In this document: in pieces, positions 27,451-38,009 of the stretch
How positions within the stretch are numbered: position 1 is the stretch's first letter
How the letters are laid out: every line of letters begins with the position of its first letter
Assembly: GCA_963783385.1 (NCBI GenBank)
Contig: CAWANJ010000001.1
Span: forward strand, 96,001-160,000
Origin: an uncultured Gemmatimonadales bacterium
GTDB taxonomy: Bacteria; Gemmatimonadota; Gemmatimonadetes; Palauibacterales; Palauibacteraceae
DNA length: 64,000 nt
Direction: 5' to 3'
Translations under genes and position numbers: made by a program
Notes under the pieces: generated by a model
What the model was told of the DNA's origin: nothing
The model's database searches: none
What the model saw: the letters and a program-made list of their open reading frames with translations, nothing else

Positions 27451-29893
27451 ATGTCCAGGACCCTTCCCCGACTCGGCTCCGGCTTTCTGGCCGCCGCGGT
27501 CCTCGCCACGGCCCTGGGGTCACGCCCCCTGGCGGCCTCCTGGACCGCCCTCGGCGCACGTCCGGCGCGCGCCGGCGCGGCCGGGGCCGTTCAGGCCGAC
27601 ACGACCGCCCTCGTGTTCCGTGGCGACCGCGGCCAGACCGGCGTGCAGGTCCCGCGGCTGGACGCCTCCGTGCGGATCGACGGCTCGCTGGACGAGCCCG
27701 CCTGGAGTCGGGCCGCTCTCCTCACGGGTTTCACGCGCTACCTGCCGCAGGACGGCCTCCCCGCCGAGGACTCGACACAGGTCCGTCTGTGGTACTCGGC
27801 CGACGCGCTGTACGTGGGGATACGGGCGTTCGAGGTCCACGGTACCGTGGGCGCCAGCATGGCGGCCCGCGACAAGATCGGCAACGACGACCGCGTCCGG
27901 ATCCTGCTCGACACCTACGACGACGCGCGCCGCGCCTTCGCGTTCGGCGTCAACGCCTTCGGGGTGCAGGAGGACGGCGTGCGCATCGAAGGTCAGGGGA
28001 AGACAGCCGGCCTGTTCACGGCCGACCGCTCCGTCGATCCGGCCGACCTCACGCCCGACTTCGTATACCAGTCGCAGGGCCGGCTCACGGAGGGCGGCTA
28101 CGAGGTGGAGATGCGGATCCCCTTCGCCAGCCTGCGCTTCTCCTCGTCCCACGACCAGGTGTGGGGGTTCAACATCGTCCGCCGCGTTCCCCACTCCGGC
28201 CGTGAGCTCACGTGGGCGCCCGTGCACCAGGGCCAGACGTCCTTCCTGGCCCAGGAGGGCACGCTCCGGGGCCTCCGCGACCTGCGTCGCGGCGCGACCA
28301 TGGACATCAACCCCGTCGCCACGGCCCGCACGGAGGGCGCCCCGGGGGCCACGGGCTGGCACTACGACTCGCCCTCGCCGTCCTTCGGCCTCAACCTTCG
28401 CTACGGCGTCACCTCGGACCTGAACCTGAACGCGACGGTCAATCCCGACTTCTCCCAGGTGGAAGCCGACGCCGAGCAGCTGTCCTTCGATCCACGCCAG
28501 TCGCTCTACTACGCCGAGAAGCGCCCCTTCTTCCTGACGGGCAGCGAGCACTTCTCGGCGCCCAGCAACCTCATCTACACCCGGCGCATCGACAATCCGG
28601 ACGTGGCCGCCAAGCTCAGTGGCACGATCCGGGGCCTGAGCGCCGGTGTGCTGACCGCCCTCAACGCGCCCGAACCGGGGCAGACCGGCCGATCCCTGTT
28701 CGACATCCTCCGGCTGCAGGGGAACCTGGGCTCGGAGTCCACCGTCGGGCTCCTGTACACGAACCGCATCCACGACTCGGACTACAACCACGTCGTCGGT
28801 GCCGACACCCGACTGGTGCTGGGTGGCGCCTACGTGGTCTCGGCCCAGGGCGCCGCCTCCTTCAGCGGCGACAACGCCGGCTCCACCTGGGGCCCCCTGT
28901 GGAACCTCAGGGTGGAGCGCTCCGGACGCGTGTTCGGGGCCGCGGCGAGCTTCCAGGCCATCCATCCCGACTTCCGCACCGACGCGGGCTTCCTCAGCCG
29001 TACGGGAGTCGTGCACGCCGCATTCCAGCCGCGCGTGAGCCTGTTCGGCTCGCCGGAGTCGGCCCTGGCGAGCGTCACCAACAGCATTTCGCTGTACGGC
29101 GACTGGCTGTACGAGGACCTGTTCGGTGGCCGCGGACCCGGAGTCCCTCAAGATGCACTTCACCTCCAACGTGGCCTTTCGGAGCGGGTGGCAGGCGGGC
29201 GCGTCCGTGCTCTTCGAGCGGTTCTACTATCCGCCCTACCTGTACCGAGACTACGCCCTCCTGCGGCCCGGTCCCACGGGGGCCGACACGGTCCCGTTCA
29301 CCGGCACGCCGTCCCTGGCCAACCTCGACTTCGTCGTGCTGCTGGCGACCCCCAAGTGGGACCGGTTCGACGCCAACCTGACGCTGATCTTCGGGCGGGA
29401 CGAGAACTTCTACGAGTGGGCGCCCGCCAACGTGCTCATCGTGCAGGGGGCCCTGAACTGGAAGCCCACCGATCGCCTGCACTTCGAGGCTACCTACGCC
29501 CGCCAGCAGTACATGCGCCCCGACGACCACAGCAACGTGGGGATCCGCGACATCCCGCGCCTCAGGACGACCTACCAGATCACGCGCGCCATCTACGTGC
29601 GCCTCATCGGCCAGTACGACTCGAACTACCAGGATGCGTTGCGCGACGACACGCGCACCGGCTACCCGATCGCCATCCGTGACCCCTCCACCGGCACCTT
29701 CGTGCGGACCACCCGGATTCGGAGCGGCCAGCTGCACGGCGACGCCCTGTTCGCGGTGCAGCCCGGCCCCGGTACGGTGCTCTTCCTGGGCTACGGCGCC
29801 GACCTGCAGGAGCCGGCCCGGTTCGGGTTCGGCGGCCTGAGGCGCTCGGGCGACGCCTTCTTCGTGAAGCTGAGCTACCTGCTCAGGATGTGA
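27451..29893 (+). CDS. DUF5916 / CBM9-like domain outer-membrane protein; +1 frameshift near 29138
   Basis: Signal peptide, [28 protein letters not shown]. Continues in ORF 29126..29893 to the beta-signal-like end [11 protein letters not shown]. Confidence 0.8.
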
Positions 29894-29977
29894 GGCCGGC
29901 CCGGCGCGGCGCGCCGGGCGTGTGGGGAGAGTCCCCACGCATCCGTGGGGAGAAGTCCGCGACGGCGCTCCGGGGCA

Positions 29978-30016
29978 TGGCCAGGCCGCCCGACAGGATC
30001 GTATTCTGCATACCGT
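29978..30016 (+). promoter_or_regulatory. Putative promoter with GCATACCGT operator upstream of the CocE/NonD gene
   Basis: TGGCCA-N18-TATTCT followed directly by GCATACCGT, the same 9-mer as at 37904. Confidence 0.4.
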
Positions 30017-30051
30017 CCGCGATTCGGGCCTCCCACACGGAGCGTGTGGCC

Positions 30052-32029
30052 ATGCGATGCATCATCCGGAGGAGCCTCCTCGCCTCGGCGCTCCTGTGCG
30101 CCGCTTCCCTGGTTCCCGCGACCTCGCCGGCGGCCGCCCAGGTCCGGCTGCGGGGTGACGACCGCCTGCGCGCCGAACGCTGGAAGACGGAGCACGCGCT
30201 CGACTCGATCGCCGTGATCGATCGCAAGGTGATGGTGCCGATGCGAGACGGCGTGCGGCTGGCCACCGACGTCTACCGACCCAGGGATGCGCGGGGACCG
30301 GTCCCCACGATCTTCGTGCGCACGCCCTACAACTTCAACTACTGGGACATCCAGCTCGGGGCGCCGCGGGACATGACGCGGATCCTGGATGCCGTGAAGC
30401 GCGGCTACGCGTACGTGGAGCAGAACGAGCGCGGTCACTTCTTCTCGGAAGGCAACTACGACATCCTGGGCCCGCCGCGCACGGACGGCTACGACATGCT
30501 GTCGTGGATCGGCGAGCAGCCGTGGTCCAACGGCAACGTGGGCCTCCTGGGCTGCTCCTCCACCGCGGAGTGGCAGATGGGCGTGGCCGCCACCGGCAAT
30601 TCCCACCTGGCCGCCATGAACCCGCAGGGCTTCGGCGCGGGCGTGGGCCGCGTGGACGGGTGGTACGAACAGGGGAACTGGTACCGTGGCGGCGCCGTTC
30701 AGATGCTGTTCATCGCCTGGATCTACGGCGAGCAGAACCAGGTGCGGCCGATGTTCCCATCCGGCACCTCGCAGGCCGACCTCATCCGCGAGTCGAAGTC
30801 GTTCGACCTCGCCCAGCACCTTCCCCCGGTGGACTGGTCCAGGGCGCTCCGGCACCTGCCCGAGGAGGACATCATCAAAGCGGTGGATGGACCGCGCGGG
30901 ATCTTCGCCGACTCGATGCCGGTGGCCACGGGCGGGCGCATGATCCAGCGGACGCCCGACGACCCGGCCTGGTACCGAGGCGGGCTCTACAACGACAGCA
31001 TGCCCTTCGACGTGCCGGGGCTGTGGTTCATGTCCTGGTACGACGTGTCGATCGGCCCGAACCTGGCCATGTTCAACCACGCCCGCCGGGTGGCGAGCCC
31101 GAAGGTGCGCGACGAGCAATGGGCCATCATCGCCCCCACGCTGCACTGCTCCTACACGCGGGCCACGGAGAACACGATCGTCGGCCAGCGCAGCGTCGGC
31201 GATGCGCGCTTCGACTACAGCGACCTCACGTACGGCTTCTTCGACCGGTTCCTCAAGGGCCAGCAGTCCGGCACGGTGCTCGACACGACCCCGAAGGTCC
31301 GCTACTACCTGATGGGCCGGAACGAGTGGAAGTCCACCGACACGTGGCCGCCGGCGGGTTCCAAGCCCGTCACTCTCTACCTGTCCAGCGCCGGCCACGC
31401 GAACACCCTGTACGGTGACGGTGCGCTGGGCTCCGCCGCCCCCGGGGCCGATGCCCCGGACCGTTTCGTGTACGACCCCATGAACCCGGTGCCCTCCCAC
31501 GGCGGCAACGTGTGCTGCACGGGGAACGCGGTCGACGGAGGCGCCTTCGACCAGCGCGGCATGGAGGCTCGCAACGACATCCTGGTGTACTCGAGCGAGC
31601 CGCTGCGCCAGGGGATGGAGGTGAGCGGACCGGTGACCGTGACGCTGTACGTCTCCTCGGATGCGAAGGACACGGACGTTACGGCCAAGCTGATCGACGT
31701 CTACCCGGACGGCAGGGCCTACAACCTGGACGAGACGATCCAGCGCATGCGCTACCGGGACGGATACGGCAAGCAGGTGTGGATGGAAGCCGGGCAAGGT
31801 GTACGAGGTGAAGCTCGGCCCTCTCACGACGAGCAACTACTTCGAGGCCGGCCACCGCATACGGATCGAGGTGACCAGCAGCAACTTCCCGCGCTTCGAT
31901 CGCAACATGAACACGGGCGGCCACAACTACGACGAGGCGAAGGGAGTCACGGCCCACAACGTCGTGCACCACTCCAAGCGCTACCCGTCGAGCGTGACCC
32001 TCACGGTGGTGCCGGGGTCGCAGCCGTAG
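30052..32029 (+). CDS. CocE/NonD family hydrolase (S15-like), secreted; +1 frameshift near 31788
   Basis: [45 protein letters not shown]-terminus [19 protein letters not shown] lies in ORF 31799..32029. Confidence 0.88.
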
Positions 32030-32153
32030 CGCTCCGGGCGGGCGCCTCGAGGCGCTGGCGCGCCAATGGGGGCGCGGATAGCTTGGCCAGCCGCCGGTCC
32101 GAAGGCCGGCGGCTGCGCCGCGCTGGAGACGTCCCCAACCCCGTGCCCGAGCG

Positions 32154-32945
32154 ATGAGACAGCCCTCCCGCACCGTACTCCTGGCCGTGGTGGCCGTCCT
32201 GGCGCTGGCTCCTGCCGCGAGGGCCCAGGACAGCGCCCCGGCTCCATCGGACTCGGTCGCCGAGCTCACCGGACGGGTGTTCTCGGCCACGACGGGCGAT
32301 GTCGTGCGCGGCGCGCAGATCGTGGTGGAGGGGACGGGACTCGGAGCGCTCGCCGACAGCACGGGCCGCTTTCGGATCGCCGGCCTTCCGGCCGGAGACC
32401 ACACGATCCAGGTCCGTCGGATCGGGTTCGCCTCCGCCCGGGGGAGGATCCACCTCAAGGCCGGCGCCAGCGTCGACGCGACGTTCGTGCTCGAGGACAC
32501 GGTGGTCCAGGTCGAGGGCATCCGGGTCACCGTGAGGCGCGACCCGGCCTCGGCGTTCGGAGACAAGCTCGCGCGCGTCGGCTACTTCCGGCGCAAGGAG
32601 CGGGGGCTAGGCTACTTCATGGACCCGGCCCGCGTCGCGGAGCGCTTGCAGCAGTCCCGCGAGACCTCGGATCTGCTGCGCAACGTACCGGGCGTGTCGG
32701 TGAGCCGCTCGGTTCTGGGTCAGGCGACCGTGCGCCTGTCACGCGGCCAGTCCTCCTGCGACCCCGTGCTGTACGTGGACGGGAAGCAGTCGCCCGGTCT
32801 GCGGGTGGACGACCTTAACCGGGAAGACGTCCTCGCCCTGGAGGTGTACCGGGGTGCCTCCGAGACCCCGCTCTCCTACTCGATGCAGAAGAGCGGCTGC
32901 GGCGTGATTCTCATCTGGACCCGGGAGGGCGGCGGCCGGCCGTAG
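32154..32945 (+). CDS. Carboxypeptidase-regulatory-like domain plus TonB-receptor plug-like domain protein (no beta-barrel)
   Basis: Signal peptide; GRF.I.GLPAG.H.I.V.RIGF; DLLRNVPGV...C.P.LYVDG...ALEVYRG...CGVILIWTR. Confidence 0.78.
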   Translation: MRQPSRTVLLAVVAVLALAPAARAQDSAPAPSDSVAELTGRVFSATTGDVVRGAQIVVEGTGLGALADSTGRFRIAGLPAGDHTIQVRRIGFASARGRIHLKAGASVDATFVLEDTVVQVEGIRVTVRRDPASAFGDKLARVGYFRRKERGLGYFMDPARVAERLQQSRETSDLLRNVPGVSVSRSVLGQATVRLSRGQSSCDPVLYVDGKQSPGLRVDDLNREDVLALEVYRGASETPLSYSMQKSGCGVILIWTREGGGRP

Positions 32946-33028
32946 CCTCGATGAGGGAGCGGGCCCGGGGGCTCGCGCAGCCCCGGACCCGCCGGCCCGT
33001 CCTCGATGTACCTCGCCTCGACTCCCGC

Positions 33029-34414
33029 TCAGGAACCGTCGACCGGCTGACAGCCCGGGTCGCTGGTAATGCCGCGAGCGTCGCACTCGTCGTCCGTGTA
33101 CGGATAGCGCGGGAACACCTTGTCGAACGACCGCGCGCGCGGGAGCTCGTCCGGGTTGTCGGCCGTGCGTCCGTACTGCCGGGCGTCCAGGTAGGTGAAG
33201 CCTCCCTTGTACATGAGCGAGTAGCGCTTCTCGTAGAGGATCTCCTTGAGCAGGTCTCCGCCGTAGGGGTCGGGGATCGGGTCGAGGCCCCCGTCCTGGG
33301 TCCGGACCTGGTTGATGTCCTGAATGGCCGTCGAGCTGTTGCCCAGGGCGTAGTCCGCCTCGGCGTTGATGAGGAGCAGTTCCACGTTCGTGATGAAGGG
33401 CACGGGATCGGAGAGGTTCACGTAGTTGTTGAACTCCTCCGTCACGGTGATGTTGTCCAGCGTGTAGGACGGGATCGACGTCAGGTTGCGCTGGGCTCGC
33501 AGGTCCCTGGAACCGTCGGACCGCAGTTGCGCATCTCTCCACAGCCGCGGGTGGGCGAACATGTTCGTGCCCCGCTGCTGGGCGAGCGTGTTGACGGCGT
33601 CACCCGACTGGGTGGTGTAGTCGAAGTAAAGCCCCATCTGGAAGTCGCCCGACGGGTCCATGAAGGTGGCCGGCAGGACCGCCTTCACGTCGCTCCAGCG
33701 CCCCATGTACTTGAGCACCCGAACCTTGATGGCCCGGTTCACCTGCAGGAAGGTGGACGGCGTGCTGAAGCCGGCGAAGCCCGGCGGCAGGTCGAAGGGG
33801 AAGGCGCTCCCGCCAGACTGGAGGTGCTGGGCCGCCTCGTCCAGCAGGTTCAGGACGAAGGTGTAGGCGTCCGCGCTGGCCACCAGCGGAGCCAGGTCAC
33901 CCGCCGGATCGCGGTCCACGTCGAGCGGCATGGCCAGCGGATCGTGCATGGTGATGGCTTCCCAGTACGCCTCCGCCATGAAGGTCTGCGCGAAGCCCTT
34001 GGTGGCCTCCTGCTCGGTCGATGACAGCGTGGTGGCCGCATCGGCCGCGTGCACCAGGGTGTAGCCGTTCCGGATCAAGGCGTACTGCGCGTCCCAGAAG
34101 TTGTGGTAGGTGGAGAGGAGCGGGCCCACCAGCCGCTGGGTGATCGTGCGAGGCTCCTCCGGACGCAGGTTGTACACCTCGCGCCCGAACACGCCCAGGT
34201 CCGAAATGAAGCCCCCGGCCCAGTTGCCGCGTTCGGAGCGCACCAGTCCAATGGCCGCGCCCGCGATGGCGGCCCGATCGGGCGTGCTGGTCAGGTTCTG
34301 AACGCTCGGATCGTTGAACGAGGGGGCGTCCAGGCTCTGGCACCCCGCCAGGCTGAGGGCGAGGAGCAGGATTCCGGTCAGGGCCGTGCGCCCGGCGTTG
34401 CTTGCGAACGACAT
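33029..34414 (-). CDS. RagB/SusD family outer-membrane lipoprotein
   Basis: Lipobox LAGC; ELLLINAEA, INQVR, ILYEKRYSL; directly downstream of a SusC gene. Confidence 0.88.
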   Translation of the reverse strand: MSFASNAGRTALTGILLLALSLAGCQSLDAPSFNDPSVQNLTSTPDRAAIAGAAIGLVRSERGNWAGGFISDLGVFGREVYNLRPEEPRTITQRLVGPLLSTYHNFWDAQYALIRNGYTLVHAADAATTLSSTEQEATKGFAQTFMAEAYWEAITMHDPLAMPLDVDRDPAGDLAPLVASADAYTFVLNLLDEAAQHLQSGGSAFPFDLPPGFAGFSTPSTFLQVNRAIKVRVLKYMGRWSDVKAVLPATFMDPSGDFQMGLYFDYTTQSGDAVNTLAQQRGTNMFAHPRLWRDAQLRSDGSRDLRAQRNLTSIPSYTLDNITVTEEFNNYVNLSDPVPFITNVELLLINAEADYALGNSSTAIQDINQVRTQDGGLDPIPDPYGGDLLKEILYEKRYSLMYKGGFTYLDARQYGRTADNPDELPRARSFDKVFPRYPYTDDECDARGITSDPGCQPVDGS

Positions 34415-34428
34415 GATCGCCCTCCTCC

Positions 34429-37419
34429 TCAGAAGCTAAGGTCCAGGGTGAGCCACACGCTGCGGCTCGGCGGGAACGGGGCCACGTCCTGCCCCGTGCT
34501 GATGGACTCGAGTCCCCAGTTCGAAACTTCGGGGTCCATCCCGCTGTAGCCGGTGAAACGCAGCAGGTCCCGTCCACTCAGGGTGACGCGGGCCGACCGC
34601 AGCTGGCCCCACAGCGAGCCGAGCAGCGCGGCAGGCACGTCCCAGGAGAGCGACAGTTCCCGGAGCTTCAGGAACGACGCGTCCTCGAGCCAGATGTCGG
34701 TGACCCGGCTCGGGTACAGCCGAAGCCGCATCTCGCCCAATGTCTCCCCGGGCTGGCAGGCCGACACGTTGCACGCGTTGGCGAAGTCCCAGCGGTTCTT
34801 GCTGAGGTCGAAAAGCCAGCCCGTCAGGTTCGCCACCCTGAATCCCTGCTCCCAGTCCAGAAGAGCGTGGAAGGTGATGTCCTTCCATCGCAGGTCGTTG
34901 GAGAAGCCCACCTGGAAGGAGGGACGCGAGCGACCGAGCCGCACGTTCTGGGCGATGCTGCCATCGGCGAGCGTGTCGTTGCCCACCCAGGCGGTCGGAT
35001 CGAAGCCCTGCTCGATCCGGAACGACCCCAGTCCGCCGAAGTTGTTGGGCGGCTGGAAGGGCGGCACGGTCAGCCTGGTGATCTTGGACCGATTCAGCGA
35101 GAAGGTCGTGCGGGTGGTCCAGTTCAGCGTCTTGCCCTTCACGGGCACGGCCGTGAGGTCGGCCTCGAAGCCCCTCTGCCGCATCTCGCCGCCGTTGAAG
35201 TACAGCACGCTGTAGCCGGTCGAGCCCGGCAGATTCCGGCGCACCAGGAGGTCCGAGATGTCCTGCTGGTAGACGGTCAGGGAGAGCTGGGCGCGCTCGT
35301 TCCGGAAGGTGACGTCCAGGCCGCCCTCGTACTCGGTCTGCTTCTCGGGCCGAAGGTCACTGGCCGCCGTGGATCCCGAGATGAGCAGCGTCTGCAGCCC
35401 GCTGTAGTTGGCGCCATTCAGCAGGCTGAACTTCTGCCCGTACTCGGGCTCGTTGCCCGACTGCCCGTACGCGGCCCGCACCTTGACCTCGGCGAGCGGG
35501 TCCGGAAGGCCCGTGATCCGGTACGAAGCCGAGGCCTTGGGATACCAGAAGATCTTGGTCGGGTCGGCGTCGCCGCTGCTCTGGTCGCCGCGGATCCCGG
35601 CGGTCAGGAGCAGCCGCTCCGAGATCAGGACCTCCTCCTGCCCGTAGAACCCGAAGTCCTCGGTTCGCTGCCGGTACTCGACCACGCTGGTGTTGGTGCC
35701 CTTGTCGACGTTGGACAGGCCATCGATGAGGTTGTTGGCGGTGTTGAGGATGTTGTCGGCGTCCCGCCGCTGGTACTCGGCGCCGGCCGAGGTCGTGGCC
35801 CGGACGTTCCCCAGGTAGAGCGTGTGGATGGCACTGAGGCCCGCGTTGGTGAACAGGCTGGTCCCGCCCGCGTTGGACGCGGTGCCCGGCTGGCCGAGCG
35901 TCTGCTCGTACTGCAGGTCTGGCGCCGAGTACAACTTGCCGGTGTGGCCGAACCAGTCGATGCCGCCGGTGAGCTTGATCTCGAGACTCTGCTTGTCACC
36001 GGTCAGCGGGGTGAGGTCGAACGAGCCCGAGCCGAGGAAGCGATTGATGAGCTCGTACTTGTCGACCAGGGTGGCGGTTTGTAGCGGGTTGCTCCTCGAG
36101 AAGGGATTCACCGGGAAGCTGCCGTCGGCGTTCTGCGAGAGGTCCACGAAGGACGGCGAGGACGGCATGGCCATCCAGTAGCTGATGCTGGCGTTGTCGT
36201 TGTTGGTGAGACCGCGCCGCGTCTTGCTGCGAATGTAGTTGGTGTTGACCGAGAGCTGCCCCAGGGTGCCGAACTTCTTCCCGAGGTTGAGGCGCGCGCT
36301 CTCCTTCTCGTAGCCCGTATTGATGATGATGCCGCCGTCGTACTTGCCCAGGCCCGACAGGTAGTACGACGTGTTGTCGAGACCTCCCGAGACGCTGACG
36401 TTCGTCTCGTAGCTCAGCGGCTTGTTTCCGGCCAGCTCCTGCTCGTGGTCGAAGAACGCCCCGGGCTTCCAGTAATCGGCCGCCCGCGGGCCGAACGCGT
36501 CGACCGCCGCCGCCTGCGAACCGAACTTTCGCAGGCCGATCTTGTTGGCGATCCACGGGACACCGGCCGACTGGGTCAGGTGCCAGCGCTGCGTCGCCCC
36601 GAACTGGCCGTGCTTGGTGGTGATGAGAACCACACCGTTGCTGGCCGCGGCGCCGTAGATCGCGGCGGCCGAGGGACCCTTGAGGATCTGGATGCTCTCG
36701 ATGTCGTCGGGGTTGAGGTCCGAGATCCGGTTGGACGAGTTGTCCTCGTGCTCCTGGGGCCCCCGGTCCGCGGCCCGGACCAGTCCCGCCTGTCCTGAGG
36801 GCAGCTGCGCGTTGCTGACGATGACGCCATCGACCACGTAGAGTGGCTGCGAGGTCCCGATGATCGAGCTTACGCCACGCAGCTCGATGCTCATGCCGCC
36901 GCCGGGAGCGCCGCTGTAGCTGCTCACCTTGGCCCCGGCGACCTTGCCGTGCAGCGCATCCTCCATGGTCGTCGCCGCCGGTGCTTCCTTGACGAGCTGG
37001 TCGGCGGTGAGCGTCGAGACCGCGTTGGCCAGGTTGCGCTTCTCGACTCCCGTGGCCCTCCCGCTCACCACGATCTCCTCCATGCCGAGGACGTCCTGCG
37101 TCAGGGTGACCTGTATGCTGGACTGTCCCGCGGGGACGGTCACCACCTTGCGTCGGTAGCCGATGAGCCGGAAAGCCAGCCGTGCGTCACCGGCCGGGAC
37201 GCGGACCCGGAAGGTCCCGTCCGACTCTCCGATCGTACCCAACTGGGTCCCGATCACGCTGATCTGCACCGAGCCGATCGGCTGCGCGGACGTGGCGTCC
37301 ACGACCTTCCCGGTGATGACCCGCGTCTGCTGTCCGGCGGCGCGCCCCGGCAGGACGGCCAGGGCCAGGGCCAGGACGAGGGTCGCGATGATGCGCGTGG
37401 GATCGAACGGTTCTCGCAT
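34429..37419 (-). CDS. SusC/RagA family TonB-linked outer-membrane transporter
   Basis: PLYVVDG, DLNPDDIESIQILKGPSAAAIYG..ASNGVVLITTK, EDASFLKLRELSL, YSGMDPEV, C-terminal DLSF. Confidence 0.93.
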   Translation of the reverse strand: MREPFDPTRIIATLVLALALAVLPGRAAGQQTRVITGKVVDATSAQPIGSVQISVIGTQLGTIGESDGTFRVRVPAGDARLAFRLIGYRRKVVTVPAGQSSIQVTLTQDVLGMEEIVVSGRATGVEKRNLANAVSTLTADQLVKEAPAATTMEDALHGKVAGAKVSSYSGAPGGGMSIELRGVSSIIGTSQPLYVVDGVIVSNAQLPSGQAGLVRAADRGPQEHEDNSSNRISDLNPDDIESIQILKGPSAAAIYGAAASNGVVLITTKHGQFGATQRWHLTQSAGVPWIANKIGLRKFGSQAAAVDAFGPRAADYWKPGAFFDHEQELAGNKPLSYETNVSVSGGLDNTSYYLSGLGKYDGGIIINTGYEKESARLNLGKKFGTLGQLSVNTNYIRSKTRRGLTNNDNASISYWMAMPSSPSFVDLSQNADGSFPVNPFSRSNPLQTATLVDKYELINRFLGSGSFDLTPLTGDKQSLEIKLTGGIDWFGHTGKLYSAPDLQYEQTLGQPGTASNAGGTSLFTNAGLSAIHTLYLGNVRATTSAGAEYQRRDADNILNTANNLIDGLSNVDKGTNTSVVEYRQRTEDFGFYGQEEVLISERLLLTAGIRGDQSSGDADPTKIFWYPKASASYRITGLPDPLAEVKVRAAYGQSGNEPEYGQKFSLLNGANYSGLQTLLISGSTAASDLRPEKQTEYEGGLDVTFRNERAQLSLTVYQQDISDLLVRRNLPGSTGYSVLYFNGGEMRQRGFEADLTAVPVKGKTLNWTTRTTFSLNRSKITRLTVPPFQPPNNFGGLGSFRIEQGFDPTAWVGNDTLADGSIAQNVRLGRSRPSFQVGFSNDLRWKDITFHALLDWEQGFRVANLTGWLFDLSKNRWDFANACNVSACQPGETLGEMRLRLYPSRVTDIWLEDASFLKLRELSLSWDVPAALLGSLWGQLRSARVTLSGRDLLRFTGYSGMDPEVSNWGLESISTGQDVAPFPPSRSVWLTLDLSF

Positions 37420-37449
37420 GCTGCGTCCTCCGCTCTCGGTGGTTCACCC

Positions 37450-37475
37450 GCTCGCCGAACCGGAGTTCGGCGAGC
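37450..37475. other. Perfect 11-bp hairpin in the susC 5' leader
   Basis: GCTCGCCGAAC-CGGA-GTTCGGCGAGC, 30 nt upstream of the susC ATG. Confidence 0.7.
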
Positions 37476-37702
37476 ACGCCTCACGGATCCTGCGGTACGG
37501 ACGCGCCGTCCCGGGGACGGGCGCGTGTGGACGGACTACGATCCAGAAGATCGAGGGCTGGAGAGTCAATGTGGGTCCGGTCGGACGACCGGGGCCGGGA
37601 GCGTGAGATAGAGGCCGGCGCCACCCACCTCGGGGCGGGGACCCGGCCGAAGGCGGCCGCGGACGGCCGCTCGGAAGCGCAAAGCAAGAGTGGGTTAGGG
37701 CG

Positions 37703-37739
37703 ATGCGTATACCGCATAGCGCGCATGGTATACCGCATA
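37703..37739. promoter_or_regulatory. Tandem operator-like repeat GTATACCGCATA x2 (21-bp period)
   Basis: Copies at 37707-37718 and 37728-37739; the first lies in the inverted repeat ATGCG-TATAC-CGCAT; GTATAC core resembles GntR/FadR-family sites. Confidence 0.65.
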
Positions 37740-37753
37740 TTCCTGACTGTCAA
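37725..37753 (-). promoter_or_regulatory. Sigma70-type promoter for susC/susD
   Basis: Minus strand TTGACA-N17-TACCAT. Confidence 0.7.
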
Positions 37754-37872
37754 CCCCGGATATCCGCCATTCGTCGAATCGGGCCGCCGGGATCGATCGT
37801 ACCGGACCGCATTCGACTGGAGGCCGCCCGCGCCCTCATGGGCCATGGACTTACGCCACGGTGGCGCCCCGC

Positions 37873-37925
37873 TTGACGCTCAATGCGGGGGAATCTACGT
37901 TTGGCATACCGTGTACGGTCGTCCA
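37873..37925 (+). promoter_or_regulatory. Sigma70-type promoter for the multicopper oxidase operon with downstream operator
   Basis: TTGACG-N17-TACGTT (37873-37901) followed by GCATACCGTGTACGG. Confidence 0.6.
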
Positions 37926-38009
37926 CTGGCGCCCGCACTTCGTGGTCGCGGGGACTTGTCGACCCGGCCCGGGTGCCCTAGGATCGGGCTTCGCCTCATG
38001 GGAGTCGGA

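Noticed and set aside
29920-29965. Repeated GTGGGGAGA with hairpin GTGGGGA-GAG-TCCCCAC
   Set aside because: Only two short copies with no spacers; at most a terminator-like hairpin after the DUF5916 gene.
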